DNA from: Nitrosospira multiformis ATCC 25196
GTDB taxonomy: Bacteria; Pseudomonadota; Gammaproteobacteria; Burkholderiales; Nitrosomonadaceae
DNA: 32,000 nt
NCBI RefSeq assembly: GCF_000196355.1
Contig: NC_007614.1
Coordinates: 30,001 to 62,000, forward strand
Reading direction: 5' to 3'
Notes under the pieces: generated by a model
The model's input: only the letters and a program-made list of their open reading frames with translations
The model's database searches: none
What the model was told of the DNA's origin: nothing
Part shown: positions 6,421 through 14,616 of the stretch, piece by piece
Layout of the letters: the number at the start of each line of letters is the position of its first letter
How positions within the stretch are numbered: position 1 is the first letter of the stretch
Program-made: the position numbers and the translations under genes

Positions 6421-9400
6421 CCATACTCCTGCGGCGCTGGTGGTAGAGATAGCGGCTCTTTACGTCGCTTGCCTTTGAAGGCAGTCTCTTTGGTTGCTTC
6501 ATTCAGGAAAAAAGGCAGTACAGAACCTGCGCCTATCGCCGCCACATCGAGTGGGCCTATCGGGGTATTACCCAGCAGACTGCGGACGCCTGGCACCAGC
6601 ACCGTAGCCCATTGGAGCAAGGCCGTTCCACCGATCGCCAGATCGAGATAGCGATTGGAGCGGAGCGTCTCGTGGCTGAATATGCCGATATGATCCGAAC
6701 GGCAACTATATGCGTGAAGCAACTGCCCCATCGTCAGGGTCATGAAGGCAATCGTGCTGGCCTTCTGCCCTCCGCCATAACGTGTCATGGCATAGCCATA
6801 ACCGCCCATTGACCCCGCAGCCATTGCCAGCGACTCCAGCCCGTAGCGCTTGAAGTCGGCGGGACCTACAATGGGTTCCGCCGGGTCTCGCGGGGGCTGC
6901 CGCAGCACATCCGGCTCGGGCGGCTCCACAGCAAGCGCCAGCCCGGGGAAGACATCGGTTACCAGGTTGATCCACAGCAAGTGACTGGTGGTGAGCGGAG
7001 TACCCAGTCCTGTCCCTATAGAGCCGAGCATCAGCATGATCTCGGACAGATTGGTGGCGGTAAGGAAATGAATCGATTTGCGAATATTATTGTAAATCGT
7101 CCTGCCTTCCGAGACGGCCACAATCATGGTGCTGAGATTATCGTCTTCCAGTATAACGTCGGCCACGCTGCGCGCCACCTCCGTGCCGGTGCCGCCCATG
7201 GCGACGCCAATGTCCGCGGCCTTGAGGGCGGGCCCGTCATTGATGCCGTCGCCCGTCATCGCGGCGATTTTGCCCCCGCGCTGCAGTGCCTGCACGATTT
7301 GCAGCTTGTTGGCCGGGCTGACGCGGGAGAAGATATTGACCTTTTGGGCAAGCCCAGCCAGGACCTCTGCATCAAGTTGATCAAGCCGGGTGGAATCGAG
7401 AATGTCGAGTTCGCTGCCGCCGGATAACCCAAGTTCCTTCCCTATCGCATATGCAGTGCCGCTCTGATCACCGGTTATCATCACCGTGTCTATCCCGGCC
7501 TGATGAAACAAGGCGATGAGTTCCTTCATCCCCTGCCGCAGGGGATCTGCCATTCCCGTCATTCCCAGCCAGATGAGTTCATCCGCTGAAGATTGATCGG
7601 CTTGTCTCGGTTCGACGTAGGCAAATCCCAGCACACGCAGCGCTTCTGCCGCCATGCGGTCATTTTCCATGAGTATGACCGTTCGCTCCGCCTGCGTGAG
7701 GGGTAAACGCGCGCCGTCCTTCAACCACCACCGACACATTTCCAGCACCTCGACCGGATTACCCTTGACAGCCACGAGCTTTCCCTCCCCTTGCGCGCTA
7801 TGGGTCGTGCTCATGTAGTTCCGGGTTTCGGTACGGTATTCGACTTGCTCTCTGGGATAGCGCCGACGAAGCGCCTCAACTGAAACGCCTGCCGCCAGCG
7901 CAAGGTGCATCAATGCGCTTTCTGTTGGGGATCCCTTGAGCAGATAGTTGCCTTTCTCCCCGTTCAGTTCCACTTCGTTGCAAAGAACAGCCACATGGAG
8001 GAGCCGCAACAATTCATCGCTCTGATAGGGATTGATTCTTATACCCGCATCGTAAAACACATCACTATCCACTGTAATGCGGCGTCCTCCGCTGTACAGG
8101 GCCAGGACAGACATACGGTTGAGAGTGAGCGTTCCGGTTTTGTCCAGGCAGATTACCTGTACTGCGCCCAAGGTTTCCACTGCATCGAGGCGTCGCACCA
8201 GCACCTTGTGACGGTTCATTGTCCGGATACCCAAGGCGAGAGTGGTCGTTGCCACGGTGGGCAGGCCTTCCGGGACAGCGGCCACGGCAAGGGAAATGGA
8301 GGTTTTCAACATTTGCAGCCAAGCGTGACCACGGACCAGCCCGATCAGAAACATGGCTCCGCAAATGCCCAGGGACAGCAACACCATCTGATTCCCCAGG
8401 ATCGCAAGCTGGCGCTGCATAGGTGTTTCCGGAGGGCGCGTTTCACCTACAAGCGATTGAATCATGCCGATCTCGGTATACCGGCCGGTCGAAACCACTA
8501 CTGAGAGGCCGCTGCCCCCCGTTACCACCGTACCCATGTATACCATGTTAAGCCGGTCTGCGAGAGAGACCTCCGGCTTGTCCAACGGGCTCACTCTCTT
8601 CGCCACCGGAAGGCTTTCTCCGGTAAGCATGGATTCATCCATCATCAGATTGCGCGACTCGAGCACCCTGCCATCAGCAGCTACCCGAGCCCCGGGTGTC
8701 AGCACCAGGATGTCGCCCGGCACCAGGGACTTGGCCGGCACCTCCAGAAGCCGTGCATCGCGGATGACCATTGCGTTCTGCTCGGCCACATGTCCGAGCG
8801 CATTAATCGTTCGCTCCGATTGAGACTCGGCAACATAGCCCGTACCCGCGTTGATCAAAACGACTCCGAGGATCACGGCCGCATCGAGCAGTCCTCCAGT
8901 GGCTGCGGAAAGGACAGCGGATACACCGAGTAAAGCCACAGGCAGGCTTTTAAACTGCCCCAGAAAAATGCTCAGCCCGGAACGGGGCGGCGTCTCCGGT
9001 AGGCTATTGACCCCGAAATAGCCAAGCTTCCGCTCCACGGAAGCTTGGCTAAGACCGAATTCCATGGAAGTTTCAAGCGCAGCCACCACGGTATCGCCAG
9101 GCAAGGCATGCCAATTTTTACGATCCTGTAGAAGAACTGAATCGGGATCAGAAGAAATGACGGGAGAAGCAGGACGTCCGGAGGCACGCAAAAAACGGCC
9201 ATCGTCTACCGGGTTCCCGGGAATGATTTCATGCCCGGCCTCCAACAGCAGTTGCTCCAACCAGGTCTTGATTTCTTCAAGGTCGCGTGCCGGATCAAAA
9301 ACGATCAATACCCGGCCCGTGAGAATGTTCGCGGAAGCATGTCTGATCGCATCATGCCTCGGCAGGGCAGACTCGAGCTTACGCCTGACGGACTCCGATC

Positions 9401-9539
9401 GATACAAACCCCGTACCTTAAGCCTTGCGCGGCCCCCCACAGCTGCATGAACGATGCGCACCGGTTCGGGAGGCTCGGCTTCAGTCGCACCTGTCCCGAA
9501 GAAAGAAGGGCGTTGCATCTGGTCGAAAAGTAGAGACAT
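6417..9539 (-). CDS. P2-type (SERCA/PMCA-like) cation-translocating P-type ATPase with N-terminal CxxC-less HMA-like domain
   Basis: 1040 aa with the motifs TGESLPV, ICLDKTGTLT, MITGDQ and TGDGINDGPALKAADIGVAMG. TM4 is AVPEGLP (not the CPx of heavy-metal pumps). TM6 is LLWINLVTDVFPGLALAVEPPEPDVLRQPPRDP. A Cation_ATPase_N-like segment WHALPGDTVVAALETSMEFGLSQASVERKLGYFGVNSL is present. N-terminal residues ~27-98 (nt 9246..9461), RIVHAAVGGRARLKVRG...NILTGRVLIVF, form the HMA-like domain. The start codon is uncertain (alternative Met8). Confidence 0.9.
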   Translation of the reverse strand: MSLLFDQMQRPSFFGTGATEAEPPEPVRIVHAAVGGRARLKVRGLYRSESVRRKLESALPRHDAIRHASANILTGRVLIVFDPARDLEEIKTWLEQLLLEAGHEIIPGNPVDDGRFLRASGRPASPVISSDPDSVLLQDRKNWHALPGDTVVAALETSMEFGLSQASVERKLGYFGVNSLPETPPRSGLSIFLGQFKSLPVALLGVSAVLSAATGGLLDAAVILGVVLINAGTGYVAESQSERTINALGHVAEQNAMVIRDARLLEVPAKSLVPGDILVLTPGARVAADGRVLESRNLMMDESMLTGESLPVAKRVSPLDKPEVSLADRLNMVYMGTVVTGGSGLSVVVSTGRYTEIGMIQSLVGETRPPETPMQRQLAILGNQMVLLSLGICGAMFLIGLVRGHAWLQMLKTSISLAVAAVPEGLPTVATTTLALGIRTMNRHKVLVRRLDAVETLGAVQVICLDKTGTLTLNRMSVLALYSGGRRITVDSDVFYDAGIRINPYQSDELLRLLHVAVLCNEVELNGEKGNYLLKGSPTESALMHLALAAGVSVEALRRRYPREQVEYRTETRNYMSTTHSAQGEGKLVAVKGNPVEVLEMCRWWLKDGARLPLTQAERTVILMENDRMAAEALRVLGFAYVEPRQADQSSADELIWLGMTGMADPLRQGMKELIALFHQAGIDTVMITGDQSGTAYAIGKELGLSGGSELDILDSTRLDQLDAEVLAGLAQKVNIFSRVSPANKLQIVQALQRGGKIAAMTGDGINDGPALKAADIGVAMGGTGTEVARSVADVILEDDNLSTMIVAVSEGRTIYNNIRKSIHFLTATNLSEIMLMLGSIGTGLGTPLTTSHLLWINLVTDVFPGLALAVEPPEPDVLRQPPRDPAEPIVGPADFKRYGLESLAMAAGSMGGYGYAMTRYGGGQKASTIAFMTLTMGQLLHAYSCRSDHIGIFSHETLRSNRYLDLAIGGTALLQWATVLVPGVRSLLGNTPIGPLDVAAIGAGSVLPFFLNEATKETAFKGKRRKEPLSLPPAPQEYG

Positions 9540-9838
9540 CCTCGTAGGAGTTATGTGGTTACATGACGTTTCGCTGCTACGGAATATGCTACGCGATGCT
9601 CAGGACAAACATATAATCACCGACCTTGCCGCCAAGGCGATCAGTAGTATTTCCAAAAGACTACAACTTCCTCGCCTCGATATCTCGAACGATTGGAGAC
9701 TTCTTCTTTTTAGGTTAAAACGACATTCTCAGCAAGCTGTGCCGGCTCTTTGATGCACTTCGCCGCCAATCAGCGCACCTTGTATTCTGAAGCAGCGGGA
9801 TTACTGATTTCTGTTTCCATTCCGCGATCTTCTATCCT

Positions 9839-9883
9839 TATAATTCAAGCTCAGGCACTGTGCCTGATGCCTCAAGGCATCAG
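9839..9883 (+). promoter_or_regulatory. perfect -10 box followed by two overlapping palindromes (candidate operator or 5'-leader structure) upstream of the flavoprotein gene
   Basis: TATAAT at 9839..9844. TCAGGCA (9851..9857) ctg TGCCTGA (9861..9867), and CTGATGCCT (9864..9872) ca AGGCATCAG (9875..9883). The two palindromes share CTGA. They lie 67-99 nt upstream of ATG 9950. Confidence 0.35.
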
Positions 9884-9949
9884 ATTCGGGTTCCACCAGG
9901 TTTCGCAAGCTCCTTGAAGCACGAGGTCACCGGGGTAACGGGAGAAAAA

Positions 9950-11914
9950 ATGCCGGGCAATACATCCCATACACAGAAATCGGAAATAAATGATCTGGTA
10001 ATTGTCGGCGGCGGTATTGCCGGACTCTATTGCTGCCACGAGCTTATCAAGAAAGTCCGGAGCGGCTCGCTCGATATCAGGAGCATTCTCCTTCTGGAAG
10101 CTTCCGACCGGTTTGGCGGGCGCATCGAAACGTGGTCCCTGCTGAGAAGCAGTGAGGAAAATGGAAAGAAGATCGGTTTTGAAGATACATGGGACCCGTG
10201 TAACTGGAACATCGATAACGGTTGCCTTGCTCCCCCTGACCCGCAAACGGGTAAACAGTCTCCATTCAAAGGTCCGACAGAAAAATCATTCAGGAATGTG
10301 GATGGCAAGGATGTCGAAAAGCTGACCGATATCGAATACTTCCGCGCGGAATTCGGGCCCATGAGAATCGAACCGCGGGACCAGATTTTATTGCAGGGAT
10401 TGCTCGACGATCTTGGAATCAGGGAGCCTGACCCGGGGGAGGAAGAAAGCCTGGATGACCTCGTGCCGTTCTCTTCGTACACCTCCGAAGATCCGATGGC
10501 GCCTCGCTTCACCCTTCAGGAGGAGGAAGCACAGCAGAAAACTCCTTTTGACCTGATGATACTCGCTCTCAGGCGCATCTTCGAGCTCGTCCAAGGTCCG
10601 AAATTCGACGGCCCGGCTTCGAATCCCTGGTGTACGGAAGCCGCCAATGAACAATGGAGAAAATTGCACAGCGCGCAGTTCTTTTATCGCCATTACTGGA
10701 AGGGAGAGCTGCTCGAATGGATACAGTACCTTACCGATCCTGACTTCGTAACGATTCGGGAGCATGCGCGGTTCAGGGACCAGCCGTTATGGGACCTGGG
10801 ATTCTGGAACGTCCTCAGCGACGTCTTGAGCCATTATGCGGTGGTCAAGATCAGGGATTGGGGAAGTTACTATCACTTTGTCCACGAAAATCTGAATGCC
10901 GCCGAGTGGATCATCTTCTGGCTCAGGGCAATTCGAAGCACAGGTTCGCTTCGAGGCATACGCGGAGGGATGAGCAGGATAATCTGGAACCTGCTGGAAG
11001 TCTTGCGGAAGCACCAGAACAGTCACCAATCTCCTCGTCTGAAAATCGCGAAAGGCTCGAGGGTGGTGAGCGTAGAAAGACGGGATGATGCGCTGGTTGC
11101 CCTTACCGTGCAGAATGAGGATGAGGTCGAGCTTGTGTGCGCACGAAGAGTCATTTTTGCCCTGCCGAAGCGTCCGCTCGAGGAAATGTCATGGAATGGG
11201 GAACATCCAAAAGGCAAGCTTCACGAAGCATTCAATGCGGTCGTTTGCCTTCCGCTACTGAAATGTTTTTTCGTCATCGAGAAACCCTGGTGGGAAGACA
11301 ACCGGTCTCTCAACCGCCATGCGTCCGACATACCAACCCGCGAGTTGCTGTATGTGAAAAGCAGGGACCGGACAAAAGGGTTGATCATGATTTATACCGA
11401 TCGCCCGGCAATCACATTCTGGTCCGATTATCTCAGAAGCGAATCCGGCAATAATTCCAAAGGTCCCGAGCAACCGGAGGGGCCGCAGGTCGACTATCAG
11501 GATGCCGCCAGGATCTGGTTCCTGGAGAAAAAACCTTCCCCGACGTGCGGTTCGATCATCGAAATCAAGCCCGGATCGGCTCGCCTATGGCAGCGTTTCG
11601 TGCAGTTTGCCAGGGATTATGAGCACCATGACTTTACCACGGGCCGCCTTCTCGCCTGCGGGATGCGCGACTGGGGAAAGGAGCCTTTCGGCGCCGCAGC
11701 GCACGGGTGGCGTCCGGGTGTAAAGTCCCGGGAGCATATCGAGTTTCTCGAGGCATTTTCTCTCGAACAAGAGGAGCAGGAAACCGGGCAAAACAACCTG
11801 CATGTTTGCGGAGAAGCATTTTCTGACTACCAGGGATTTATTGAAGGCGCGCTGCGATCAGCGCAGCGCGTGCTGGTTGTGATAGAGGAACAGCAGGAGC
11901 CGGGAAAAAGCTGA
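9950..11914 (+). CDS. FAD-dependent amine / L-amino-acid oxidase (monooxygenase) family flavoprotein
   Basis: I chose ATG 9950 (GGAG at 9941..9944) rather than GTG 9860. Dinucleotide fold DLVIVGGGIAGLYCCHEL ... LLLEASDRFGGRIETW. AEFGPMRIEP and IRGGMSRI resemble LAAO/tryptophan-2-monooxygenase motifs. C-terminal LHVCGEAFSDYQGFIEGALRSAQRVL is the typical flavin amine oxidase tail. Confidence 0.8.
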   Translation: MPGNTSHTQKSEINDLVIVGGGIAGLYCCHELIKKVRSGSLDIRSILLLEASDRFGGRIETWSLLRSSEENGKKIGFEDTWDPCNWNIDNGCLAPPDPQTGKQSPFKGPTEKSFRNVDGKDVEKLTDIEYFRAEFGPMRIEPRDQILLQGLLDDLGIREPDPGEEESLDDLVPFSSYTSEDPMAPRFTLQEEEAQQKTPFDLMILALRRIFELVQGPKFDGPASNPWCTEAANEQWRKLHSAQFFYRHYWKGELLEWIQYLTDPDFVTIREHARFRDQPLWDLGFWNVLSDVLSHYAVVKIRDWGSYYHFVHENLNAAEWIIFWLRAIRSTGSLRGIRGGMSRIIWNLLEVLRKHQNSHQSPRLKIAKGSRVVSVERRDDALVALTVQNEDEVELVCARRVIFALPKRPLEEMSWNGEHPKGKLHEAFNAVVCLPLLKCFFVIEKPWWEDNRSLNRHASDIPTRELLYVKSRDRTKGLIMIYTDRPAITFWSDYLRSESGNNSKGPEQPEGPQVDYQDAARIWFLEKKPSPTCGSIIEIKPGSARLWQRFVQFARDYEHHDFTTGRLLACGMRDWGKEPFGAAAHGWRPGVKSREHIEFLEAFSLEQEEQETGQNNLHVCGEAFSDYQGFIEGALRSAQRVLVVIEEQQEPGKS

Positions 11915-11918
11915 GTTT

Positions 11919-13004
11919 TTATCCAGTCTTTTGTTTCCGCAGAAAAGACAGCACGGCAGACTCGAGCGGGTCATGGGCGGCATGCGCCGCTTCTTCCATT
12001 TCCTGCACGCAGCGATGAAGATCGCCTTTCTGCCAGGCAGAAAACACCGCCGGATTGATGTAGGATTTCCGGCAGACGGCAGGGGTATTGCGCAGATCTT
12101 CCGCGACTTGCCGTATCGCCGCAACGATGCCGGCCTTGAGAGCGCGCTTGGTCGGGAATTCAGGCAACGGCGTATTGAGCATGATTTCGAACGCCCGCAA
12201 GGTTCCGCTCCATGTTCGGAAATCCTTCGCGGTAAATTCGGCTTCCATGACTTCGTGGAGGTAGGCGTTTACCTGCTCCGCTCCGACCGGCCGTCGCTTG
12301 CCGCTCTCATCCAGGTACTGGAAAAGATGCTGGCCCCTCAGCTCTTGGCAAGCCCGGATAATGGTGATGATGCGCCTGTCACCGATCGTGACTTCGTGCT
12401 CGACCCGGCTCTTGCCCCGGAATTTCAATAATGCGCGCCTGGGGTTGATGAAGGCAAGATGCCGCTTGCGCAGGGTTGTAAGTCCGAAACTGTGGTTATC
12501 GCGGGCGTAAGACAGGTTACCGATGCGCACTTGCGTCGTATCAAGCAGTCTCACTATTGCAGCAACAACCTTTTTTTGCGGCAAACCTCGTTTTTTCAGA
12601 TCAAGGTGTACACGCTCACGCAGTTGAGGTAAAGCTTCGCCGAATTCCACCATGCGGTCAAATTTGATGCTGTCCCGCACCGCGCGCCAATCGGAATGGT
12701 AGCGGTACTGCTTGCGGCTGCGCGCATCCAGTCCGGTGGCCTGCAAGTGGCCCAGAGGATGAGGGCAAATCCAGACGTCGGTATAAGCGGGAGGAATGGC
12801 GAGCCGGGCAATGCGCTCAAGCTCGCCCTTATCACTCAAGGGCTTTTCATCCGGACCGACATAACGAAATCCCTCGCCGGAGGCCAACCTTCTGATCCCA
12901 GGCTCATCGCCGGAGACATAGATCAACCCCGCGGCCGCCGCTTGCGCCGCCAGAATTTCCACCGCCTGGGGCCGCAACTCCTCCTTATTCGGAGAGAATG
13001 ACAT
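11919..13004 (-). CDS. DNA topoisomerase IB (bacterial, poxvirus-like)
   Basis: I chose start ATG 13004 (MSFSPNKEE) with an AGGAG SD 7 nt upstream. GFRYVGPDEKPLSD..ERIARLAIPPAYTDVWICPHPLGHLQATGLDARSRKQYRYH is typical of bacterial TopIB. The C-terminal CRKSYINPAVF carries the SYIxP catalytic-Tyr motif. Confidence 0.85.
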   Translation of the reverse strand: MSFSPNKEELRPQAVEILAAQAAAAGLIYVSGDEPGIRRLASGEGFRYVGPDEKPLSDKGELERIARLAIPPAYTDVWICPHPLGHLQATGLDARSRKQYRYHSDWRAVRDSIKFDRMVEFGEALPQLRERVHLDLKKRGLPQKKVVAAIVRLLDTTQVRIGNLSYARDNHSFGLTTLRKRHLAFINPRRALLKFRGKSRVEHEVTIGDRRIITIIRACQELRGQHLFQYLDESGKRRPVGAEQVNAYLHEVMEAEFTAKDFRTWSGTLRAFEIMLNTPLPEFPTKRALKAGIVAAIRQVAEDLRNTPAVCRKSYINPAVFSAWQKGDLHRCVQEMEEAAHAAHDPLESAVLSFLRKQKTG

Positions 13005-13319
13005 ATGGTTACTCCTGTCGCAGGCTGGTTGTAACAAAGTCAGTATGTCAAGCAGTTTGGAAAACGAAAAACAGGGGATTCGAAGGTCAGGCGCCAGGGT
13101 ACTGCCAAGCAGCAGACTGGATACGCTTCTATCGACAGCAATGATAGCCTTCCGGTTCCATCCTTTTGGAAGGGTAAAAACCAGGAAGAAAACTTTATCT
13201 GTCCTGACTGGTTTTCTTCATTTATGGAGATATTTAAGCGAGGCATCACCTCGGTGATTGCTCAAAGCGTTCGCATATTCCTTATCTGGTAGGTTGGAAT
13301 TTCCAAGGGGGCGATGGGG

Positions 13320-13700
13320 TCAGTGCGTTACGAATCTCAAACGGTTACCGTCCGGATCTGTTACCACCATTTCTCGGGTCCCCCATGGAGTGTCTTGGGG
13401 CGCTTCAATAGTGGTAATGCCTCGACCAGTAAATTCACCATAGCAGTTGTCAACATTGGGAACTATGAAGTAGATCGCGCCACCCCCCTGACAGTCTCCA
13501 GTATGTTCCGTCAGAAAAATAACCTGATCTTTCCTGGTCAATTGTATAAATAGAGGAAAGCCTGGCTCGAACTGATGCTTCCAATCAACGCTGAAGCCCA
13601 AGCCCTCCACATAAAACGGCAGGCTAACAGTGGCGCTGATTATCCGCAGTTGCGGTATAACTGTCTGGTTCAATATAAATTCCTTTGCTGTTTCTGACAT
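13320..13700 (-). CDS. VOC (glyoxalase / bleomycin-resistance) family protein
   Basis: 126 aa. LPFYVEGLGFSV...FLTEH...APQDTPWGTREMVVTDPDGNRLRF is typical of the bleomycin-resistance/glyoxalase fold. Confidence 0.75.
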   Translation of the reverse strand: MSETAKEFILNQTVIPQLRIISATVSLPFYVEGLGFSVDWKHQFEPGFPLFIQLTRKDQVIFLTEHTGDCQGGGAIYFIVPNVDNCYGEFTGRGITTIEAPQDTPWGTREMVVTDPDGNRLRFVTH

Positions 13701-13841
13701 ACACTTGAACGCTATCGCTTCTCACTCTCCCATGTGGCGTCAGAGATTCCGTAACAGGCGAGAAAGAAGGGGCGGATAGCGAACGGTTCCTAAGATAACC
13801 TGAGAGTATTCTTGAAATCCCTGCTGGATGTTTATTTAAAA

Positions 13842-13861
13842 GATACCGTCCAGATGGTATC
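13842..13861. promoter_or_regulatory. candidate TetR operator palindrome
   Basis: GATACC (13842..13847) N8 GGTATC (13856..13861), flanked by A/T runs (aaaaGATACC...GGTATCatttt). It ends 10 nt before the tetR-family ATG 13871, in the divergent VOC/TetR intergenic region. Confidence 0.35.
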
Positions 13862-13870
13862 ATTTTAAAG

Positions 13871-14449
13871 ATGACCAATGCTAATCAACGCAATCAACGC
13901 AAGAAGCAGCCCGCTCTCGTTCGTCGCAGGTTACTGGATAACGGTGCCCGTCTCTGTGTGGAGCAAGGTGTGGCGGGTTTGACACTACAAGCGGTGGCGG
14001 ATGCGGCAGACGTAACCAAGGGAGGGTTGCTGCATCACTTTTCAACCAAGCAGGCGCTTATCGAGGAAATCTTCAGCGAGCGCCTGCAAGCCTTCGATAC
14101 GAGCATCAAGCAGGCAATGAAGCTCGACCCTGAACCATCCGGCTGCTTTACCCGCGCTTACATCACCGCGACGCTGGAGCTGATCGAGAAGGATGATTTC
14201 ATTCAGTGGGCGGCCCTCATGATGGCGATGCTGACCGAGCCCGGCTTGAAGAAACGGTGGACGCAGTGGCTGGAACAGAGCCTGGAACAACACCGGGATA
14301 CTGATTCCGCCCCCGAAATGCGGCTGGCCCGTTATGCCGTTGACGGACTTTGGCTGGCAGGCCTGCTCGATGAGGAGGAACGGGTGGCGACCAAACGCGA
14401 AGCACTGCATCTGCATTCCCAATTGATCGAGATGACAAGAAAACCATAA
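13871..14449 (+). CDS. TetR/AcrR family transcriptional regulator
   Basis: 192 aa. N-terminal HTH RRRLLDNGARLCVEQGVAGLTLQAVADAADVTKGGLLHHFSTKQALIEEIF. Sits directly upstream of the RND efflux genes. Confidence 0.85.
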   Translation: MTNANQRNQRKKQPALVRRRLLDNGARLCVEQGVAGLTLQAVADAADVTKGGLLHHFSTKQALIEEIFSERLQAFDTSIKQAMKLDPEPSGCFTRAYITATLELIEKDDFIQWAALMMAMLTEPGLKKRWTQWLEQSLEQHRDTDSAPEMRLARYAVDGLWLAGLLDEEERVATKREALHLHSQLIEMTRKP

Positions 14450-14616
14450 CTCAGTCATTGCAACGTCAGGCCTCGGATCCGCCATTATTCCGGGCCCCGC
14501 TAAAGCCGTTTCTTCATTATGCTGGCCTCCCGTCAAGTCGTTTGAAGCAGGTACTGTCAGGCGTACGTGCTAAAAGCCGCCGAAGAAGGCCGGATCAACT
14601 TCCTTTCCCCGGAGAC

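Noticed and set aside
5728-6651. 307-aa ORF (+) antisense to the MetK-like gene
   Set aside because: It is a mirror-frame ORF opposite a well-supported gene and its sequence is Arg/Gly/Leu-rich. This is a typical GC-rich antisense artefact.
6417-9539. Calling the ATPase a heavy-metal (P1B, CopA/ZntA-like) pump because of its HMA-like N-terminus
   Set aside because: TM4 has PEGLP instead of CPx/SPC. It also has Cation_ATPase_N/C-type flanks and a SERCA-like TM6, and the N-terminal domain has no CxxC.
13185-13219. Inverted repeat GAAGAAAAC/GTTTTCTTC with a downstream T-run on the - strand, as a terminator for the VOC gene
   Set aside because: The stem has only 3 G:C pairs, the loop is 17 nt, and the T-run is offset by 4 nt. 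That is too weak to call an intrinsic terminator.
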